Positions 25,679 to 32,000 of a stretch of DNA of 32,000 bases are shown piece by piece. Both the position numbers and the translations under genes were made by a program. The notes under the pieces are model-generated. The model saw nothing but the letters and a program-made list of their open reading frames with translations, ran no database searches and had not been told where the DNA came from. The stretch comes from Promethearchaeota archaeon. Its GTDB lineage: Archaea > Asgardarchaeota > Hermodarchaeia > Hermodarchaeales > Hermodarchaeaceae. The first letter of the stretch is position 1; each line of letters opens with the position of its first letter. The stretch is taken from positions 183,703-215,702 of the forward strand of contig JBHLMG010000001.1 of the NCBI GenBank assembly GCA_048938385.1, in the 5' to 3' direction.

Positions 25679-26407
25679 ATGGGTAAACGAATCTATGTGC
25701 AACGACGGGGTCGCGGAAGTCCGACATTTCGTGCTAACTCTCATCGAAGACGCGGCGCGGTAAAATATCCTCCACTAGCTCTTATGACTAAGATAGGCTA
25801 TCTAAACGCCACAATAGATGATCTTCTTCACGATCCTGGGCGAGGCTGTCCAATCGCACACCTTACGCTGGACGATGGATCAACACATCTTGCCTTGGTG
25901 CCTGAAGGTTCCGCGGTCGGAGACCAAATCCGCATTGGACCCAAAGCGGGCATACGCTCAGGACATATTCTTCCTCTTGGAAAAATTCCTGAAGGTACCC
26001 CTATCTTCAACATCGAAGGTCAACCTGGCGATGGTGGAAAATTCGTTCGGTCCAGTGGAACCTACGCAACAATTGTCACTCATAGACGCGGTAGCACCAC
26101 AATTCGTCTCCCTTCAGGAAAAATGCGAACATTCAACTCAACCGCTCGAGCCACTATTGGCGTGGTCTCCGGTGGAGGACGCCCTGAAAAACCCTTCCTC
26201 AAGGCAGGTAGTAAACACAAACATCGCTACGCAAAGGGACTGACCTATCCTAAGGTTCGTGGTGTGGCCATGAATGCAGCCTCGCATCCACACGGTGGAG
26301 GAAACAAACAACACCCCGGTGGACCAACTTCTGTTAAAAGAACTGCTCCGCCCGGTCAAAAGGTCGGTTTAATCGCTCCAAAACGGACAGGTCGCAAGAA
26401 GCGTTGA
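25679..26407 (+). CDS. rpl2: ribosomal protein uL2
   Basis: 242 aa. Motifs GRGSPTFR and ASHPHGGG, with GGAGGT upstream. Confidence 0.95.
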   Translation: MGKRIYVQRRGRGSPTFRANSHRRRGAVKYPPLALMTKIGYLNATIDDLLHDPGRGCPIAHLTLDDGSTHLALVPEGSAVGDQIRIGPKAGIRSGHILPLGKIPEGTPIFNIEGQPGDGGKFVRSSGTYATIVTHRRGSTTIRLPSGKMRTFNSTARATIGVVSGGGRPEKPFLKAGSKHKHRYAKGLTYPKVRGVAMNAASHPHGGGNKQHPGGPTSVKRTAPPGQKVGLIAPKRTGRKKR

Positions 26408-26447
26408 TCGCTTCATCCTCCCCTGTTCTCAAAGAAAGGGTAAGTTA

Positions 26448-27968
26448 TTATCGCTGCTCTCTAAACATACGCCAAGAAAGGGTCATTGTTCGAGGGTGTG
26501 CAGCTTTAACCTCGTCAAGTCGAGATATCGCTGTATTGCGTGGCGTCTCACGAACGGCTTGAGGGTTACTGTAGGCTTGATCAGAAATTTCCCGCAGGGC
26601 ATTGATGAACCGGTCAAGTTCAGCCTTACTGAAGGTTTCAGTAGGTTCAATCATCAAGGCTTCTTCAACGATAGCTGGAAAATAGAAGGTCGGGGCGTGC
26701 ACTCCGCGATCGAGGAGGGCTTTTGCGACATCGCGAGCATTAACACCTGTAGCTTCTTCAAGAGGTTTAGCACTAATAACAACTTCATGTTTCCGCCAAA
26801 CACCAGGAGCGAAGGGAATATTGTACCCTTTGATGGCTTCAACCTGTTTCATGATGTAATTCGCATTTAGAACAGCATGGTCCGAGACGGCGTTAAGTCC
26901 TTCCTTGCCCATGCGCATGATGTAAGCATAAGCTTTCAGAAGGACTGCTGAGTTTCCCCAATATCCGTGCAATCGCCCAATAGCTTTCGGACGATTAACT
27001 TCCAATGAGTAACTAGTTCCATCAAAAATAATGATAGGAATCGGCAGATAGGGCGCTAACCGCTTTTTGACACCCACAGGTCCTGCGCCAGGACCGCCAC
27101 CTCCATGTGGCGTAGCAAAAGTTTTGTGGAGGTTAAGATGGATGATGTCAAATCCCATATCGCCTGGACGCACACGACCGAGATTGGCGTTGAGGTTTGC
27201 TCCATCGTAGTAGAGCAACCCCCCTGCTTTATGAATAATCTCTGCAATGGAATCGATATTTTGTTCAAAAAGCCCCAAAGTATTGGGATTTGTAAGCATT
27301 AGTCCCGCTGTGGTGTCGGAAACTGTCGTTTCAAGTGCGTCGAGGTCAATTTGTCCATTGCTATTAGAGGGAATGACCACCACATCAAATCCCGCCATAG
27401 CGGCACTAGCAGGATTGGTGCCATGAGCAGAATCAGGAACAATAATTTCTCTGCGTTGTTCCAGTTGACCATGCTCAGCGTGGTAGGCTCGAATAATAAG
27501 AACGCCGGTTAATTCTCCCTGTGCACCCGCGGCGGGTTGTAGGGAAAATTGATCCATACCAGTGATTTCCTTCAACCATTGTTCAAGCTCAAAGAAAATG
27601 TGCAAAATTCCCTGGAGCGTTGAACAATCTTGGTCGGGGTGTAATTGGGAAAATTGGGGGTTCCTAACGATTTCTTCGTTCATGGGGGGGTTGTACTTCA
27701 TTGTACAGCTTCCCAGTGGATATAGTCCTAGATCGATGCAATAATTCATCTGGGATAGTCGAATAAAATGTTGAAGCACTTCGGGTTCCGATAACTCGGG
27801 AAGGAGTGGCGGGTTCAGTCGTTGAAGGCTTTCAGGAATGGTAGACAACGGATCAGGCGCAGCTTTTTGAATGACCTTGCTCACCTTAGGTAAGGAATAA
27901 CCTACAGCTCCTTTTCGCGAGTTTTCAAACACCAAGGCTTCATCCCACTTGGCTTGTCGAAATGTCAT
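26448..27968 (-). CDS. gcvPB: glycine dehydrogenase (decarboxylating) subunit 2
   Basis: The PLP-lysine region is NLHKTFATPHGGGGPG. The ATG at 27968 overlaps the gcvPA stop (ATGA); the track start at 27989 is probably too early. Confidence 0.93.
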   Translation of the reverse strand: MTFRQAKWDEALVFENSRKGAVGYSLPKVSKVIQKAAPDPLSTIPESLQRLNPPLLPELSEPEVLQHFIRLSQMNYCIDLGLYPLGSCTMKYNPPMNEEIVRNPQFSQLHPDQDCSTLQGILHIFFELEQWLKEITGMDQFSLQPAAGAQGELTGVLIIRAYHAEHGQLEQRREIIVPDSAHGTNPASAAMAGFDVVVIPSNSNGQIDLDALETTVSDTTAGLMLTNPNTLGLFEQNIDSIAEIIHKAGGLLYYDGANLNANLGRVRPGDMGFDIIHLNLHKTFATPHGGGGPGAGPVGVKKRLAPYLPIPIIIFDGTSYSLEVNRPKAIGRLHGYWGNSAVLLKAYAYIMRMGKEGLNAVSDHAVLNANYIMKQVEAIKGYNIPFAPGVWRKHEVVISAKPLEEATGVNARDVAKALLDRGVHAPTFYFPAIVEEALMIEPTETFSKAELDRFINALREISDQAYSNPQAVRETPRNTAISRLDEVKAAHPRTMTLSWRMFREQR

Positions 27969-29362
27969 TTTTCTCCCTCCATAGCCCACCTAAAGCCGTC
28001 TACTAGGTGGTCTATTTGCATTTGCGAATGGCTTTCAGTGATACAAACCAATGCTGATTGTCCAAGGCTGGGAAAGCTGACATCGAGAGGAATACCTGCT
28101 AGTATCCGTTTTTGTTGCATCCGTTTCAAGAGGCTTCTAATCGACTTTTCTTTGTCATCAAGCTTGACCACAAATTCCTTGAAATGTGGCGCTTCAAAAA
28201 GAGGTGCTTGAATACCTTTCAAGGCATTTAATTGTTGTTCAGCATAGCTGCGTAGTTGTAAAATCATTTTTCCGAGTTGAGCTAGTCCTCTTGGACCTAG
28301 CAATGATAGGTAGACGGCTGCAGTGATGGCGGATAGGGCTTGGTTTGAACAAATGTTCGAGGTTGCCTTTTCTCTGCGGATGTGTTGCTCTCGAGCTTGA
28401 ACAGTCATTACGAACCCACGTTCATCCCCATCCTTTATTGTAGTTAGTCCAATAATCCGACCCGGAAGCTGTCGAAGTAGCTTTCTGTCATCTTGGCTTG
28501 CGAATAATCCCAATAACGGTCCACCGAGATTAATGGAACTGCCTAAAGGTTGCCCTTCACCTATGACGATATCAGCTCCAAACGATCCTGGTGGGCGTAT
28601 CACGCCAAGTGAGATGGGGTCTACACCAACAACTACTAGGGCGCCAGCGTCATGAGCGATCTCTGTTATTACATCAACTTGGTCTTGCAAAAAACCAAGA
28701 TAAGATGGATTCTCGAAATACACTCCTGCTGTTTGGTTGTTAACAAGCTTTTTCAATTGCTCAATATTCATCTGACCAGTTCGAGGATCAAACCCAATCG
28801 TCTTAACAACAATACCTGCAGGTTGGGTGTAGGTATCTAAGACACTACGACGATTCGGTGAAATCGCTGTAGGTACCAAAAAGTCTGTACGGTTAGTCAC
28901 ACGCCGGGTCATCAAAGCAGCTTCCCCAAGGGCACTCGCCCAATCGTACATTGAAGCGTTGACGATGGGTAATTCCACTAATTCAGCAATTAGGCTCTGA
29001 TACTCAAATAGCGCTTGGAGCATTCCTTGGCTGATTTCCGCCTGGTAAGGAGTATACGCCGTGAGGAACTCGGTCCGGCTGGTAACTGTTTTAACGACTT
29101 CGGGAATAGTGTGTGGCCACGCTCCCCCTCCGAGAAAACTCACTCCACTTCGTGTATCCCAATTGCGCTCTAACCTCTGAGAAATGGTCTGATGCACTTC
29201 TCTTTCAGATAGCCCTTCAGGGATGTTCAGTTTCTTGGTAAGAAGAAACTTCGACGGTATGTCCTCGAATAGTTCATGAATATTCCTAATACCCAGAGTA
29301 GCAAGCATTTCTGTTTCTTGCTCTCCTACAGTCGGTAGGAATGAATGGCGGATTTCGGGCAC
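27965..29362 (-). CDS. gcvPA: glycine dehydrogenase (decarboxylating) subunit 1
   Basis: 465 aa. Contains FLGGGAWPHTIP and EFLTAYTPYQAEISQG, as in P-protein subunit 1. Confidence 0.93.
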   Translation of the reverse strand: MPEIRHSFLPTVGEQETEMLATLGIRNIHELFEDIPSKFLLTKKLNIPEGLSEREVHQTISQRLERNWDTRSGVSFLGGGAWPHTIPEVVKTVTSRTEFLTAYTPYQAEISQGMLQALFEYQSLIAELVELPIVNASMYDWASALGEAALMTRRVTNRTDFLVPTAISPNRRSVLDTYTQPAGIVVKTIGFDPRTGQMNIEQLKKLVNNQTAGVYFENPSYLGFLQDQVDVITEIAHDAGALVVVGVDPISLGVIRPPGSFGADIVIGEGQPLGSSINLGGPLLGLFASQDDRKLLRQLPGRIIGLTTIKDGDERGFVMTVQAREQHIRREKATSNICSNQALSAITAAVYLSLLGPRGLAQLGKMILQLRSYAEQQLNALKGIQAPLFEAPHFKEFVVKLDDKEKSIRSLLKRMQQKRILAGIPLDVSFPSLGQSALVCITESHSQMQIDHLVDGFRWAMEGEK

Positions 29363-29440
29363 TTTGGCTACCTCACAACTGTTCGGACGCTTTTAAGCAA
29401 AATAACTTTCTACCTGACTACATACTAATGTTACTCAAAA

Positions 29441-29456
29441 AAGAGTAGCTACTCTT
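29441..29456. promoter_or_regulatory. perfect 16-nt palindrome AAGAGTAGCTACTCTT abutting a TATA-like TTAAATAT
   Basis: Lies in the 140-nt divergent intergenic region between gcvPA and the 29503 membrane-protein gene, about 45 nt upstream of the latter's start. Confidence 0.4.
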
Positions 29457-29502
29457 AAATATCAGGAATCGCCAAAGCGACCTCTCCCGAGGAGGTCAAT
29501 CC

Positions 29503-30102
29503 TTGAGTGCGCAGAATAAATTACAACGATTCAACACAAAAACTGTGGCTTATATTGCGTTTATGGCAGCCTTGGGAACTGCCGTGTCTATCTTAACAAT
29601 TAACATGGTGCAACTTGGAGTTACCCAAATCGCCTTAGATCTAAGTCACTTAGGAACTTTTCTCGTCGCTATTCCAGGAGGAGCTATACTTGGCGCCATC
29701 ACAGGATTGATTGCCGGTATTTATCCCGGGATAGCCTTCGGATATATTTGGGGGCAATTAGGAATAGTAGGTCTTTTAGGATTACCTGTAGGGAAAGGCA
29801 TGACGGGGTTCACCAGTGGACTTCTCCAACGGTCACTCAAACGCCCTTTCTTATCCGTAACTGTCGGATATGTGCCTGAATGCGTTTTCACAATTTGGCT
29901 CTTCATGTTCATCGTACCTTTCTTTACACCCATTCCCGCCCAATTCGTCCTCACCATCGCCCTAAGTATCGTAACGAAAGCATGGATAGAAATTCTTTTC
30001 ATGGGCTTCGTTATGGAAACAGCGTTCCTATCCCGTGGAATCGTAAGTATGCTGCGAACAATCTTCCCTAAGTGGGATTACACACCGCTTACCGAATTAT
30101 AA
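29503..30102 (+). CDS. polytopic membrane protein (about 5-6 TM helices), possibly a small-substrate transporter or ECF S-component-like protein
   Basis: 199 aa. TTG start with GGAGGT 8 nt upstream. Glycine-rich TM helices (AIPGGAILGAITGLIAGIYPG). The family assignment is uncertain. Confidence 0.5.
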   Translation: MSAQNKLQRFNTKTVAYIAFMAALGTAVSILTINMVQLGVTQIALDLSHLGTFLVAIPGGAILGAITGLIAGIYPGIAFGYIWGQLGIVGLLGLPVGKGMTGFTSGLLQRSLKRPFLSVTVGYVPECVFTIWLFMFIVPFFTPIPAQFVLTIALSIVTKAWIEILFMGFVMETAFLSRGIVSMLRTIFPKWDYTPLTEL

Positions 30103-30137
30103 CAAACTGTTGTCTCATCGCATCCTGATATGGCGTA

Positions 30138-30149
30138 AGATTTTTATTG
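30138..30149 (+). promoter_or_regulatory. TATA box (AGATTTTTATTG) upstream of the thermosome gene
   Basis: Lies about 80 nt upstream of the ATG at 30231. GGAGGA lies 7 nt before that ATG. Confidence 0.4.
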
Positions 30150-30230
30150 AAGCGCAAGGATTGCCCGTTCAACACATCCTACACTGAAAACCAACTCTTG
30201 TAACTAACTATAACTAATGGAGGAACATGT

Positions 30231-31898
30231 ATGGCACAAATGCAAGGCATTCCAGTACTCTTGCTTAAGGAAGGCACAGAGAGATCTCGGGGCCGGGATG
30301 CCCGTGAAAATAACATCATGGCTGTACGCGCCCTTGCCGATTCGGTTCGTACTTCTCTGGGCCCTCGTGGTCAGGATAAAATGCTGGTTGATAGCCTCGG
30401 TGATGTAACCATCACAAATGATGGTGCCACTATCCTCGACGAGATTGAAGTGCAGCATCCTGCTGCAAAAATGCTCGTCCAAGTGGCTAAGGCGCAAGAT
30501 GCAGAAACTGGTGATGGTACGACCTCTGCTGTTGTTCTTTGTGGTGAACTGCTCAAGCAGGCCCAAGGAATCATTGACGCGGGTGTCCATCCAACAGTCA
30601 TAATATCTGGTTATCGAAAAGCTGTTGACAGAGCCATCGAAATTCTCGATGGTATGTCGGTTGAATGCACACGCGAAGATCGTGATAAATTATTGAAAGT
30701 GTCTGACACATCTATGTCTAGCAAACTCGTTGCTGAAGCCAAAGACTTTCTCTCACCCATTGCTGTTGATGCAGTGTTACAAATCACTGAAGAGACAGGG
30801 CATGGGCTCGTTGCTGATATTGATCACATCAAAGTAGAGAAGAAAGAAGGCGGTTCGATTCGGGACACTCAATTAGTACGCGGTGTCATTGTTGACAAAG
30901 AAATCGTTCATTCGGAAATGCCACGGCGAATTTCAAAAGCTAAAATGGCACTTGTGAACGCGTCCATGGAAGTTGAAAAAACCGAGATGGATGCAGAAAT
31001 CCGAATCACAGATCCTGAACAAATGAAAGCTTTTCTGGATGAAGAACAGCGAATGCTCAAAAAAATCTCCGATAAGGTGAAAGAAATCGGTGCTAATGTG
31101 GTCTTTTGCCAAAAGGGCATCGATGACAAGGTTCAACATTATCTCGCTAAGGAAGGCATTCTTGCGGTTCGCCGAATCAAGAAGAGCGACATGGAAGCCC
31201 TCGCCCGTGCAACAGGAGGACGCGTAGTCTCTTCCATCGATCACCTCACAGAAGTTGATCTTGGAGCCTGTGAACTCGTTGAAGAGCGTAAGGTCGGTGA
31301 TGACAAAATGGTCTTCGTCGAAGGCTGCAAAGATCCTAAAACCGTGAGTGTTCTCATAAGGGGAGGTACAGAACGCGTCGTAGACGAAGCAGAACGAGCA
31401 TTTCACGACGCCGTCTCTGTCATTCGTGATGCCGTTGAAGATGGCAAAATTGTTGCTGGTGGTGGCGCTCCAGAAGTCGAGGTGGCGTCGCAGCTCCGTG
31501 AATTTGCCGCTACCCTGAAGGGTCGTGAACAAATCGCAGTGAACAAGTTCGCTGATGGCATAGAAACAATTCCCAAGACTTTAGCCGAAAACGCAGGCCA
31601 CGATCCCATTGATGTGCTTGTTGCCCTTCGCTCCGAACATGGAGCTGGGAAAGCGACGATGGGAGTAGACATCCTTTCAGGAAAAGCCAAAGATATGCTC
31701 AAATCCGGCGTTCTTGAACCTCTCCGGGTTAAAACGCATGCAATCCGATCCGCTACAGAAGCAGCATCACTCATCCTAAGAATTGATGATGTAATCGCTG
31801 CTAAACGAAGCGCTGCTCCCGCAGGGGGTCCAGGCGGAATGCCTCCAGGGATGGGTGGCATGGGTGGCATGGGTGGCATGCCTCCTGGCATGATGTAA
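30231..31898 (+). CDS. ths: thermosome subunit (group II chaperonin)
   Basis: 555 aa. Motifs [28 protein letters not shown] and VAGGGAPE, plus a C-terminal GGM-repeat tail. Confidence 0.96.
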   Translation: MAQMQGIPVLLLKEGTERSRGRDARENNIMAVRALADSVRTSLGPRGQDKMLVDSLGDVTITNDGATILDEIEVQHPAAKMLVQVAKAQDAETGDGTTSAVVLCGELLKQAQGIIDAGVHPTVIISGYRKAVDRAIEILDGMSVECTREDRDKLLKVSDTSMSSKLVAEAKDFLSPIAVDAVLQITEETGHGLVADIDHIKVEKKEGGSIRDTQLVRGVIVDKEIVHSEMPRRISKAKMALVNASMEVEKTEMDAEIRITDPEQMKAFLDEEQRMLKKISDKVKEIGANVVFCQKGIDDKVQHYLAKEGILAVRRIKKSDMEALARATGGRVVSSIDHLTEVDLGACELVEERKVGDDKMVFVEGCKDPKTVSVLIRGGTERVVDEAERAFHDAVSVIRDAVEDGKIVAGGGAPEVEVASQLREFAATLKGREQIAVNKFADGIETIPKTLAENAGHDPIDVLVALRSEHGAGKATMGVDILSGKAKDMLKSGVLEPLRVKTHAIRSATEAASLILRIDDVIAAKRSAAPAGGPGGMPPGMGGMGGMGGMPPGMM

Positions 31899-31902
31899 AC
31901 AC

Positions 31903-31950
31903 GCGCCCGCCTATGCGGGTGCGCCTTTCTCCTTTTTTAAAATTCTTTTT
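31903..31950 (+). terminator. hairpin plus T-tracts after the thermosome gene
   Basis: GCGCCCGC CTAT GCGGGTGC forms 8 bp with one G:U pair. It is followed by TTTCTCCTTTTTTAAAATTCTTTTTT. Confidence 0.55.
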
Positions 31951-32000
31951 TACTCCGGTGTCTAATTGTAAGTAGGTATTCATCATGAAGCAGCAATTTG

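Noticed and set aside
31801-31898. Tandem 9-nt repeats (GGTGGCATG x3) at the 3' end of the thermosome gene.
   Set aside because: They encode the well-known GGM-repeat C-terminal tail of chaperonins. This is not a CRISPR array or satellite repeat.
31985-32000. A possible gene start (ATGAAGCAGCAATTTG) at the right window edge.
   Set aside because: Only 16 nt are available, so no call can be supported.

Overview
Archaeal chromosome segment of about 45% GC. The gene order is crenarchaeal/TACK-like: unsplit rpoB, split rpoA'/rpoA'', and no EF-2 gene between S7 and EF-1alpha.

The conserved core spans about 8.4-32 kb. It holds rpoB-rpoA'-rpoA''-L30e-nusA-S12-S7-EF1alpha-S10 and a short L3-L4-L23-L2 operon. 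It also holds an archease-RtcB-SPOUT methyltransferase operon, glycine dehydrogenase subunits gcvPA/gcvPB, a thermosome subunit and two unassigned membrane proteins.

The first 8.2 kb is an RNA-gene and accessory patch. It contains an isolated 5S rRNA and nine of the window's ten tRNA genes; tRNA-Ser lies at 23.3 kb. It also contains a free-standing two-motif LAGLIDADG homing endonuclease between two tRNAs and a decayed tRNA-Thr 3' half. A GC-rich, G-tract-rich Nudix gene and a solo TnpB (IS200/IS605-type RNA-guided nuclease) with a hairpin-rich 3' end lie there too. So do rpiA, an EndA-family tRNA-splicing endonuclease subunit that seems to lack the catalytic His, and an orphan HycI-type protease.

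The most striking pattern is tRNA intron density. Six of ten tRNAs carry eight introns in total, four of them at non-canonical positions (8/9, the D-loop, and 59/60 twice). I could fold a bulge-helix-bulge motif by hand for all four non-canonical introns and for the canonical Ser, Asp and Tyr introns; the canonical Met intron folds only partly. These tRNAs sit in the same window as EndA, RtcB and archease.

No CRISPR array, integrase or recognisable defence operon was seen. All calls come from reading the sequence and ORF track by eye; no database search was run.
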